From NCBI GenBank assembly GCA_964349135.1, contig CAYGFK010000002.1, positions 7,535 through 71,534 on the forward strand: a stretch of 64,000 nucleotides of DNA, written 5' to 3'. Every line of letters begins with the position of its first letter. Positions within the stretch are counted from its first letter, which is position 1. Made by a program: the position numbers and the translations under genes. The stretch comes from an uncultured Candidatus Saccharibacteria bacterium. GTDB lineage: Bacteria; Patescibacteriota; Minisyncoccia; Phycocordibacterales; DSPV01. The notes under the pieces were generated by a model. That model was not told where the DNA came from. It saw only the letters and a program-made list of their open reading frames with translations, and searched no databases. Positions 10,306 through 18,532 of this stretch are shown one piece after another.

Positions 10306-10817
10306 TGAAGTACTCTCGAGAAAAAGGATTTTCCGTCGTCGAGTCCATCATTTATCTCGCTTTAACAGCGCTTTTTATGGTGCTTATCATTGACACGCTC
10401 GTCTCTATTTCCGGTTCTTATCGGAAACTGACGCTCGCGCGTGTCCTCTCACATTCAGCAAGTGTTTCTATGGAGCGTATGACACGCGAACTTCGTACAG
10501 CAAGCGATATTGACCCGGTTGGCAGTGTGTTCGATTCTGATTTCGGGCGCGTCGTACTACATACGACCGATGCAAATGGCGTGGTTGGGACGGTTTTGTT
10601 TGCGCTTGAGGATGGAGCCGTCGTACTTTACGAGAACGGCGTATTGACCGGTCGGCTTACTACTCTGAGTGCGAGTACGACCTCTCTCTTTCTCCATTTC
10701 TATGACAACGGAACGTCCGAAGCACTCTCAATCGACATGACTCTTGAGGCTACACGTGGCGATGAAACGCGAGTCGAATCGTTCCGGACCATGGTAACAC
10801 TCAGGAATTCTCCATAA
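10305..10817 (+). CDS. Prepilin-type pseudopilin (170 aa)
   Basis: N-terminus MKYSREKG^FSVVESIIYLALTALFMVLII is the canonical G-F-S-x-x-E prepilin signature. Confidence 0.7.
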   Translation: MKYSREKGFSVVESIIYLALTALFMVLIIDTLVSISGSYRKLTLARVLSHSASVSMERMTRELRTASDIDPVGSVFDSDFGRVVLHTTDANGVVGTVLFALEDGAVVLYENGVLTGRLTTLSASTTSLFLHFYDNGTSEALSIDMTLEATRGDETRVESFRTMVTLRNSP

Positions 10818-10821
10818 CCAC

Positions 10822-12135
10822 ATGACATTGATGACCCACAGAAACTATGCAAATCGTGAGCGGGGACAAGTGCTGTTCGGGACCGTATTACTTTTTCTGT
10901 TTATCTCCTCAATTATTGTTTTTGGTATTAGCCGCTCAGTTTTTCACCAGCTTAAGACGGCGATTGATTTTAGCGACTCACGCGAGGGCTATTTTCTTTC
11001 AGAGGCGTTAGCGGAAGACACGGTATATCGCATTATGCATGCGTACCCTGTTGGGTTCAGTGCAACGCTCAGTCTCAACGGACAGACGGCTTCCGCGCTG
11101 ATAATTGACGGTCCGGGTACAAAAGAAATTATCTCGACGGCCGATTGGGATGATTTGGTACGCAAAACAAGAATGCGTATGACGTTTGGGAGCGGTGGCT
11201 CGTTCTTCTACGGCGTGCAGGTCGGACAGGGGGGTCTTGATATGTACAACACATCGGAGGTTATTGGGAATATTCACTCAAGCGGACCGGTAACCGGTAA
11301 TAACTCCACGCAAAGTAATTACAATTATATTCGAGGTGATGTACTTTCATCAGGCACCGGTGGCATTATTTCAAAGATTCACGCTACAAGTTCTGCGTAT
11401 GCGCATACCATACAAAATTCCGTTATCGATAAAGATGCTTATTTCCAAGTACTAACCGGTACGACGGTTGGGGGGAATCAGTATCCAGGGAGTCCCGACC
11501 AGGCGACAACGTCACTTCCGCTTGATGAAAGTCTTATTGATGATTGGGAGGCAGATGCAGTAGCCGGCGGTAGCGTTACCTGTACAAATGGTGAGTATTT
11601 AATTGATGCCGATACAACTTTCGGACCTAAGAAGGTTCCGTGCGACCTTCGAATCGAGAGTAATCCAACAATCACCATCAACGGAGCAATTTGGGTGACG
11701 GGTAATATACATGTTGTAAACCAGCCGGTTGTTCGAGTGAGTCCGGCCTATACTGACGTCACCATCCCCATTATTGCGGACAACCCGTCTAATCGCCTTA
11801 CCTCAAGCAGTATTCTTCTTGACAACAATACGTTTTTCCAGGGAAGCGGAAATAATTCTTACCTCTTGCTCGTTTCCCGCAATGAAAGTGCTTCGCAGGG
11901 AGGTGCGGTGGACGCAATTACGCTTGCTAATAGCGTGAGCGGGGAACTGCTGTTATATGCCCCTCAAGGTAATGTAACTATGAACAACTCTGTGGATTTG
12001 CGCGAGGTAACCGCATACAAGCTTACACTCAGAAATAGCGCCAAAGTTATCTATAAAAGTGGGCTTGCTGATGTTCATTTCACCTCGGGTCCAAGCGGTG
12101 GATATGAAATTCTCGACTGGCGAGAGATAGAATAG
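10822..12135 (+). CDS. Pilus-associated large minor-pilin-like protein (437 aa, N-terminal TM anchor)
   Basis: N-terminal hydrophobic helix (VLFGTVLLFLFISSIIVFGI) then a large Thr/Ser/Gly/Asn-rich domain. Positioned as the last gene of the pilin operon, as for PilX/PilY-like tip proteins. Confidence 0.4.
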   Translation: MTLMTHRNYANRERGQVLFGTVLLFLFISSIIVFGISRSVFHQLKTAIDFSDSREGYFLSEALAEDTVYRIMHAYPVGFSATLSLNGQTASALIIDGPGTKEIISTADWDDLVRKTRMRMTFGSGGSFFYGVQVGQGGLDMYNTSEVIGNIHSSGPVTGNNSTQSNYNYIRGDVLSSGTGGIISKIHATSSAYAHTIQNSVIDKDAYFQVLTGTTVGGNQYPGSPDQATTSLPLDESLIDDWEADAVAGGSVTCTNGEYLIDADTTFGPKKVPCDLRIESNPTITINGAIWVTGNIHVVNQPVVRVSPAYTDVTIPIIADNPSNRLTSSSILLDNNTFFQGSGNNSYLLLVSRNESASQGGAVDAITLANSVSGELLLYAPQGNVTMNNSVDLREVTAYKLTLRNSAKVIYKSGLADVHFTSGPSGGYEILDWREIE

Positions 12136-12156
12136 CAGGGATGCTATAATCTCTGT

Positions 12157-12942
12157 ATGACCAGAAAAAAGAAACTCATTGTGGGGAATTGGAAGATGAA
12201 CCCTCAAACTCTTGAGGAGGCGAAAACCATCTTTTCAAAGATAAAACGCACGGTTTCTCGTTTGCGGAAGACGGAAGTGGTTATTTGTCCTTCGGATTTG
12301 CATCTTGCGACGCTCGCGAAACTTTCGGGGCGAAGCAAGCTCTCACTCGGCGTTCAGAATGTCTTTTGGGAGGACCAAGGTTTTTTCACAGGTCAGATTT
12401 CTCCGGCGATGGCCCGGAATGTTGGGGCAAAATACGCGCTGGTGGGCCACTCTGAAAAGCGCAAACTTGGCGAGACGAATGAACAAGTCGCCCTCAAACT
12501 TGAGGCTATCGTTCGTGATAAATTGTTCGGCATTCTCTGTGTCGGGGAACAGGAGCGTGATAAGGATGGTAATTTTTTCAGCGAGCTGAGAGGACAGATT
12601 ACTTCATCGCTTGCTCGCGTTCCCGCGGAGTTCGTCTCCTCCTCACTTATTCTTGCGTATGAACCTGTTTGGGAGATTGGGCGCGCCGACCTTAAAGCAA
12701 TGAAACCGATGGAAGTGCATGAGACGTCTATTTTTGTACGAAAGATTCTTCACGATATGTACGGCAGGAATATCGCTGAGACGGTGCCGGTGCTCTATGG
12801 CGGTTCGGTGAGTCCGGATAATGCCGAAGCAATTGTTCATGACGGGGCAGTTGACGGTTTACTCGTCGGGCGCACGAGTTTGAATTCAGCGGACTTCACG
12901 GAGCTTTTACTCAACGTAGATTTACATCGTGGCAGGCGATAA
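12157..12942 (+). CDS. tpiA: Triosephosphate isomerase
   Basis: GNWKMN motif, active-site GHSEKR, CVGEQE. Confidence 0.9.
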   Translation: MTRKKKLIVGNWKMNPQTLEEAKTIFSKIKRTVSRLRKTEVVICPSDLHLATLAKLSGRSKLSLGVQNVFWEDQGFFTGQISPAMARNVGAKYALVGHSEKRKLGETNEQVALKLEAIVRDKLFGILCVGEQERDKDGNFFSELRGQITSSLARVPAEFVSSSLILAYEPVWEIGRADLKAMKPMEVHETSIFVRKILHDMYGRNIAETVPVLYGGSVSPDNAEAIVHDGAVDGLLVGRTSLNSADFTELLLNVDLHRGRR

Positions 12943-14056
12943 ACTTTTTTTTCTCAAGGATTCTGATTTTGCTCGGGGAACGAGAATAATTCTCCGACTT
13001 GACCTCAACGTGCTATGCGAGGACGGAAGCGTGTCGAATGATTTTCGCATCAAGCGTGCATTACCGACACTTGATTTTTTGTCGAAGCGCGGATGTCGCA
13101 CGCTTATCATTAGTCATTTAGATGATGAATCAGGGACTACGCTCGAACCGGTAGCGCGATATCTTGAAAAAACACATCAGGTCTCTTTTGCCCCTTCGCT
13201 CTCGTTAGCCGAATCGATGGTGAATGATATTCCTGAAGGGGGGTTTCTCCTTGTTGAAAATATCCGCCGTGAAAAAGGGGAAGTTGAGAACGACGAAGTG
13301 CTCTCGAGACGGCTCGCGGGGCTCGGAGAGTATTACGTCAATGACGCTTTTGGTGTGTCTCATCGCGAGCATGCTTCAGTGGTCGGCGTTCCCAAACTTC
13401 TCCCTTCGTTTGCAGGGTTTCTTCTTGAAGAAGAGATACGCGAACTTACGCCCGCGCTTCAGGTAGGAACGCATGCGCTTTTTGTCCTCGGCGGTGCAAA
13501 GTTTGAGACGAAGCTTCCGCTCCTACTCAAATTTCTAGACCGCTATGAACGTGTTTTTGTCGGTGGTGCGCTCGCCAATGATATATTCCATGCCATGGGT
13601 CTTGAGGTCGGTACATCACTGGTGAGCACCATTGCTCCAGACCTTACGACCATGGTGAACAATCCTAAACTGCGAGTTCCGCTCGATGTGCTTATTGAGC
13701 GTGACGGCAAAACGCACACAGAGCCTCCGGAGGCACTTAGTGTCTCGGACCGTATTGTCGATGCCGGACTTAAGACAGTTATGCTCCTTGAAGAGTTTGT
13801 GGCTCAATCGGATTTTGTTCTCTGGAACGGCCCGCTTGGCGTCTATCAGGAAGGGTTTACGGTAGCGACTGAACAATTTGCGAAAACAGTTTCTCGTAGC
13901 AGGGCAAAATCAATTATAGGTGGTGGCGATACGATTGCCGCCGTAGAGCGCATCGGCAAGCTTGATGAGTTCGATTTTGTTTCAACGGGTGGCGGTGCGA
14001 TGCTTGAATATCTCTCGAAGGAGACCTTGCCCGGCATTGAAGCGCTTAAGCGCTAA
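12929..14056 (+). CDS. pgk: Phosphoglycerate kinase
   Basis: RLDLNV N-terminal motif; GGGDTIAAVE and NGPLGVYQ PGK signatures. Overlaps tpiA by 14 nt. Confidence 0.9.
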   Translation: MAGDKLFFLKDSDFARGTRIILRLDLNVLCEDGSVSNDFRIKRALPTLDFLSKRGCRTLIISHLDDESGTTLEPVARYLEKTHQVSFAPSLSLAESMVNDIPEGGFLLVENIRREKGEVENDEVLSRRLAGLGEYYVNDAFGVSHREHASVVGVPKLLPSFAGFLLEEEIRELTPALQVGTHALFVLGGAKFETKLPLLLKFLDRYERVFVGGALANDIFHAMGLEVGTSLVSTIAPDLTTMVNNPKLRVPLDVLIERDGKTHTEPPEALSVSDRIVDAGLKTVMLLEEFVAQSDFVLWNGPLGVYQEGFTVATEQFAKTVSRSRAKSIIGGGDTIAAVERIGKLDEFDFVSTGGGAMLEYLSKETLPGIEALKR

Positions 14057-14417
14057 GATTCTCTCGTATCTTGATGGCGTTTGTCTCAAAGTCTTTTTTG
14101 TTGCCCCGAGTTGCACTTGAAGGAAATACCCAGATGTGTGCGTGCGGGACTTCGTCGCCGACGATTCGTGAGAGTACTAAGTCGGTGTTGAATGCTTTTT
14201 TCTGTGCACGCGCTATTTTTTTTGCGACTTCGAAGTACGCACCTGCATTTGGGACATCCCAAACCCAACGATAATGGGTTTTTGGAATGACTTGAACGTG
14301 GCCAGGTGATTCGGGGTTGATATCGAGAAAGGCGAGGAATACGTCATCCTCATAGACTTTATGGCTTGGGATTTCGCCGTTGACTATCTTGCAGAAAATA
14401 CAATCTTCCATGTTCAC
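14046..14417 (-). CDS. HIT-family hydrolase
   Basis: CIFCKI…; histidine triad HAHIWVF. Confidence 0.85.
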   Translation of the reverse strand: MNMEDCIFCKIVNGEIPSHKVYEDDVFLAFLDINPESPGHVQVIPKTHYRWVWDVPNAGAYFEVAKKIARAQKKAFNTDLVLSRIVGDEVPHAHIWVFPSSATRGNKKDFETNAIKIRENLSA

Positions 14418-14431
14418 GATTGTAACATAAC

Positions 14432-14458
14432 AAAAACCCCTCGGCGGTGCCGAGGGGG
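14432..14458 (-). terminator. Intrinsic terminator (CCCCTCGGC-ACCG-CCGAGGGG + U5 on minus strand)
   Basis: Perfect 9-bp GC stem followed by T-run on the minus strand, directly downstream of gene 14466-15011. Confidence 0.8.
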
Positions 14459-14465
14459 TGGGGAG

Positions 14466-15011
14466 CTAGTCGATACTGAGATTGTCGAGTGAACTCACAA
14501 TACGTTCAATGCATTTCTGCTCGTCAGTAAGGTCCAAAAGGAATTCCTCGAATTTTGGTGGTAGGCCTGGGTAAACACGGTCATGTGGTGAATGCCACCA
14601 TAACGTTGCACATTCTATTCTGTCCCGCGTGTTTTTTTGGAGAAGACGAAATTCCCATACGCCATCGGCTTTCCAAACCAGACAAAGGCGAACAGCGTTT
14701 AGTTCGTCTGCATGCCAAATTTGTCCGATGGGCAAGGCAAGCGCATGTTCGTTATCCTCCGCCCTATCGCTTATTTGGGACGTGACTAAGCTCCGCAAAG
14801 TCTGAGAATTTTTGAAAATCTGTCCAACTGTCTCAGAACACCGTTGAAGTAACGAAGTCACGGAATCTTTCCGTTGGGTAAGTGCTGCAACGATTTCTTT
14901 GATTGCCTGTTCTGAGTGCCTCATCTTTTCTTCTCGAAGTTCCCTTTCTTTTTTAAGGGCCCGATGAAGACGTTCTTCAGTAGGTGTTGTTGTATGTTCA
15001 GAAGTATCCAT
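14466..15011 (-). CDS. Hypothetical protein, paralog A (181 aa; charged coiled-coil N-terminus)
   Basis: Shares architecture and local motifs with the gene at 15133-15675: charged N-terminus, …VRLCLVWKADG…, C-terminal …YPGLPPKFEEFLLDL…. Confidence 0.6.
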   Translation of the reverse strand: MDTSEHTTTPTEERLHRALKKERELREEKMRHSEQAIKEIVAALTQRKDSVTSLLQRCSETVGQIFKNSQTLRSLVTSQISDRAEDNEHALALPIGQIWHADELNAVRLCLVWKADGVWEFRLLQKNTRDRIECATLWWHSPHDRVYPGLPPKFEEFLLDLTDEQKCIERIVSSLDNLSID

Positions 15012-15092
15012 AGGATAGGTACAGGAGTAGGGTTATTGTGGTAAGGTTCGGTTCTTCAGGCATTGTGCTCGGTCTTTTAATTGGTGTCAAAT

Positions 15093-15121
15093 AAAAAAAC
15101 CCCTCGGCGGTGCCGAGGGGG
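15093..15121 (-). terminator. Intrinsic terminator identical in sequence to the one at 14432-14458
   Basis: The same 30-nt AACCCCTCGGCGGTGCCGAGGGGGTGGGAG block after an A-run (+ strand), downstream of gene 15133-15675. Confidence 0.8.
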
Positions 15122-15132
15122 TGGGAGGACGT

Positions 15133-15675
15133 TCAGACGAGGTGGAGCGCCCGTACGAGCGTGTTCACGAGCAGATACGGGTCCATGAGCGCCTTGAGAC
15201 GTTCTTCGAATTCGTCCGGGAGTTTGCCGTAATAATGTTCGGGTAGACTTTTTTGAATCCAAGGAGAGCCGTCTCTCCAGAATCTTTCAAGTAACATCGC
15301 ACCCCACTCCTCGGCTCCTTCACTTGAGTCGTGGGTGAGGCAAAGCGAGACTTCATAAGGGTCATTGTTGGCCACATTTTTGAGAAGGACTACCACGGCG
15401 ACCTTTTCGTTCCCGTGACAGCTGTATTGCATCCGTGACCTGATATACATCTCGAGAATGGGTGCCGACGATACGATGGTGGCGATAAGAAAGGACAGAT
15501 TCTTCAGGTGCGTGTCGATGACCACTTTTTTCCCCGCCAAAGCCCGGCGCGTTTCTTGACGTTCTTCTTTGGCACGTAGTTCACTGAGCGCGCGCTCTTC
15601 CTTGAGACGTTTGATGGCTTGCTGGACGAATTCGTTGTCGGGGAGGGTGAGGGTTGTAAGCGTGTTAGTACTCAT
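15133..15675 (-). CDS. Hypothetical protein, paralog B (180 aa)
   Basis: Divergent paralog of 14466-15011: charged N-terminus, …VSLCLTHDSSEG…, C-terminal …HYYGKLPDEFEERLKAL…. Confidence 0.6.
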   Translation of the reverse strand: MSTNTLTTLTLPDNEFVQQAIKRLKEERALSELRAKEERQETRRALAGKKVVIDTHLKNLSFLIATIVSSAPILEMYIRSRMQYSCHGNEKVAVVVLLKNVANNDPYEVSLCLTHDSSEGAEEWGAMLLERFWRDGSPWIQKSLPEHYYGKLPDEFEERLKALMDPYLLVNTLVRALHLV

Positions 15676-15749
15676 AGATTATAGATAGTGTTGAGGTTCG
15701 TGTCTTTGGGCATTTTGCCTACGAATGCTCAAGAGGTCAAGCGGTCCCC

Positions 15750-17459
15750 ATGCTACAATGCTTTCGTATGACCGCTGTGCGTGAAGAGTTGTCTCAGGTT
15801 GCAGAAAATGCTTTGTCGGACTATCCGGGGCTTGTACGCAAACTCCTTTTTTATCGGGGCATCATTGATGCCGATTCGGCACGTGCGTTTCTTGACCCTG
15901 AATATTCGGCGCATACGCACGACCCGTTTCTGATGAAGGATATGGAAAGGGCCGTCGAGCGTGTTCTTGGCGCAATCACGCAAAAAGAAAAAATAGTCAT
16001 TTACAGCGACTACGACGCTGATGGTGTGCCCGGAGGTGTGGTGCTCCGTGATTTTTTCAAGAAAATCGGATTCGAAAATGTTACCAATTATATTCCCCAT
16101 CGGCACGATGAAGGATTTGGCCTCAATCATGAGGCGATAGAACAGTTTGGAAAAGAGGGGGTAGGGCTCCTTATTACCGTCGACTGCGGTATTGCCGACA
16201 AAGAAGAAATTGCCCTCGCTCGAACGCTCAAGATAGATACGATTGTCACTGACCACCATGAGCCGTCCGACGGAGGAGTCCCCGATGCGTTTGCCGTGCT
16301 CGACCCGAAACAAAAAGAATGCAACTACCCCTTTAAAGAGTTGTGTGGCTCTGGGGTTGCTTACAAATTGGTGCAAGGGCTTGTGGCGCGCGGGAAATTC
16401 GGTTTTCCTGAGGGTTGGGAAAAATGGCTTCTTGATATGGTCGGACTTGCCACACTTTCTGATATGGTGCCACTGGTCGGTGAAAATCGTGTGTTTGCCA
16501 AATATGGCCTGTTAGTTCTTCGTAAGTCGCCTCGCCCTGGACTACAGAAGCTTTTGAGGCGAGCGGGTGTAAACCAGAGATTTTTGACGGAAGACGATGT
16601 TTCGTTTTCGATTTCCCCGAAGCTCAATGCGGCGTCGCGTCTTGGTTCGGCGGATGTCGCCTTCAAACTTCTTTCAACTGATGACGAGGACGAGGCCGAT
16701 GAAGCGTCGAGAGAGCTCGAACGATTGAATAACGAACGTAAAGGTATCGTAGGAAGTCTGGTGCGAGAAATAAAAAAGATTGTTGCAGAGCGGTATATCG
16801 AGCCGGATATCATTGTCATCGGGAATCCTTCGTGGCGCCCGGCGCTTCTTGGTCTTGCAGCGCAGACTATTTCACGAGAGCGCGCCTGTCCGGTTTTTTT
16901 GTGGGGTCGCGACGGCGATGGTGTACTCAAGGGTTCGTGTCGTTCTGACGGACGCACCAATGTTATGGAGCTTATGAGTGTTGCAACCAAGGCATTCGAA
17001 GAATTCGGCGGACACGCTTTTTCGGGGGGTTTTACCGTTTCGCAGGAGAAGGTACACACGCTTGAAGAGATGCTTGCGCGTGCAAAGCAGAAAGTAGTGT
17101 CTACTCCCGCGTTGGATTCTGACGCTATGGTAGATATGCGATTGTCTCCAGAAGAAGTGACCTCAGACCTCTATACACTTATCTCGCGTCTCGCACCGTT
17201 TGGACAGGGGAATGAGAAGCCAGTTTTCTTTTTTGACGGCGTGCGTGTGCAGAGTGCAAAACTTTTCGGTAAGGAACGCAATCATCTCGAGGTACTTCTT
17301 ACGCGTCGCGGGGCAACCCCTCTCAAGGCAATACGTTTTTTTGCCGAACCCCCCGTGTTGCCGAGACATGATGCTCCGATTTCGTTTACCGCGTCGCTTG
17401 AACGCTCGACATTTGCGGGTCGGGTTGAGCTTCGTCTCAGAATCATTGCTATACTCTAG
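15750..17459 (+). CDS. recJ: Single-stranded-DNA-specific exonuclease RecJ
   Basis: DHH motifs (DYDADG, VTDHHEP) and DHHA1-like C-terminal region; 569 aa. Confidence 0.85.
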   Translation: MLQCFRMTAVREELSQVAENALSDYPGLVRKLLFYRGIIDADSARAFLDPEYSAHTHDPFLMKDMERAVERVLGAITQKEKIVIYSDYDADGVPGGVVLRDFFKKIGFENVTNYIPHRHDEGFGLNHEAIEQFGKEGVGLLITVDCGIADKEEIALARTLKIDTIVTDHHEPSDGGVPDAFAVLDPKQKECNYPFKELCGSGVAYKLVQGLVARGKFGFPEGWEKWLLDMVGLATLSDMVPLVGENRVFAKYGLLVLRKSPRPGLQKLLRRAGVNQRFLTEDDVSFSISPKLNAASRLGSADVAFKLLSTDDEDEADEASRELERLNNERKGIVGSLVREIKKIVAERYIEPDIIVIGNPSWRPALLGLAAQTISRERACPVFLWGRDGDGVLKGSCRSDGRTNVMELMSVATKAFEEFGGHAFSGGFTVSQEKVHTLEEMLARAKQKVVSTPALDSDAMVDMRLSPEEVTSDLYTLISRLAPFGQGNEKPVFFFDGVRVQSAKLFGKERNHLEVLLTRRGATPLKAIRFFAEPPVLPRHDAPISFTASLERSTFAGRVELRLRIIAIL

Positions 17460-17462
17460 AGC

Positions 17463-18146
17463 ATGTCTCAGAATAAAAAGATATCTATATTTACTGATGG
17501 CGCATCGAAGGGTAATCCCGGTCCGGGCGGTTGGGGGGCCGTCGTGGCGCACAGCGGAGAAATTACTGAACTTGGCGGAAGCGAATTAAAAACAACGAAT
17601 AATCGTATGGAGTTAGTCGCTGTCATCGAAGCTCTTTCGTACGTGAAAGAGCAAACGGGTGAAGTGGTTGTCCATTCAGATTCAGCATATGTGGTGAATG
17701 GTATTACGAAATGGGTTCATGGCTGGAAACAGAACGGCTGGCTGACGAAGCAAAAAGAAGAGGTACTCAATCGTGACCTTTGGGAAAGACTCGATGATAT
17801 CGTTTCTAAACGTATGATTTCGTGGAAAAGAGTAGCGGGGCATGCTGATACGCCCGGCAATACACGCGCCGATGAAATTGCCAGTGCGTACGGTGACGGT
17901 GATAAGTCACATTTGTATTCGGGCTCGCAGGACCGTTACCCGATTAATCTCTCGGTGGTCGGGAGAATGGAAGGTGGACGCTCTGGTGGTAAGGTCTATT
18001 CGTACGTCTCGCTTGTTGGCGGAGTGGTGCAGACGCATAAGACCTGGAAAGAATGTGAGGCTCGCGTAAAAGGGAAAGAGGCGAAGTTTCGGAAAGTATT
18101 TTCCGCCGAAGAAGAAATCGCGCTCATCGAGGAATTTTCAAAATAA
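17463..18146 (+). CDS. rnhA: Ribonuclease HI with C-terminal hybrid-binding-domain-like extension
   Basis: IFTDGASKGNPGPGGWG…TNNRMEL catalytic core. C-terminal about 60 aa (KVYSYVSLVGGVVQTHKTWKECEARVKGKEAKFRKVFSAEEE) resembles the RNase H1 HBD/Cauli_VI fold. Confidence 0.85.
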   Translation: MSQNKKISIFTDGASKGNPGPGGWGAVVAHSGEITELGGSELKTTNNRMELVAVIEALSYVKEQTGEVVVHSDSAYVVNGITKWVHGWKQNGWLTKQKEEVLNRDLWERLDDIVSKRMISWKRVAGHADTPGNTRADEIASAYGDGDKSHLYSGSQDRYPINLSVVGRMEGGRSGGKVYSYVSLVGGVVQTHKTWKECEARVKGKEAKFRKVFSAEEEIALIEEFSK

Positions 18147-18180
18147 AACGCCTCGTCCTTTATTCAGGACGAGGCGGTGT

Positions 18181-18495
18181 TCATTCTGCGGTACGCTGTT
18201 TTTCCTCGCAGTATTCTTCGTAGCTGATGCGTTGTATCTCTCCGAAGTGTATATAATAGAGCTCTTCCGCGCCAATCTCTTGTAGCCAGAGCGTTTCGTA
18301 CTCGGGATTCGAAGTCCCTAAAAACGAATACTTCTCTCTCCATTCCAATCGTCGTCTTCTGGCCCAACGCCATGCCTCATGGAAGTCTGCCATACGACTA
18401 AGGTATTTCTCCTGAGTACGAACCAATTTCCATTGGAAGAAGAAGAGTAGAGCCGGCGGTCCAAGCCATAGGAGTGTTGCAATGAGTACGGTCAT
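18181..18495 (-). CDS. Small membrane protein (105 aa), trimmed from the 225-aa ORF
   Basis: An internal Met gives a single-TM protein that does not overlap comEC; the upstream part of the long ORF is antisense to comEC. Confidence 0.3.
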   Translation of the reverse strand: MTVLIATLLWLGPPALLFFFQWKLVRTQEKYLSRMADFHEAWRWARRRRLEWREKYSFLGTSNPEYETLWLQEIGAEELYYIHFGEIQRISYEEYCEEKQRTAE

Positions 18496-18532
18496 TATTA
18501 TCACCTCCGGACGGATGGTACCATAAAGTGAT

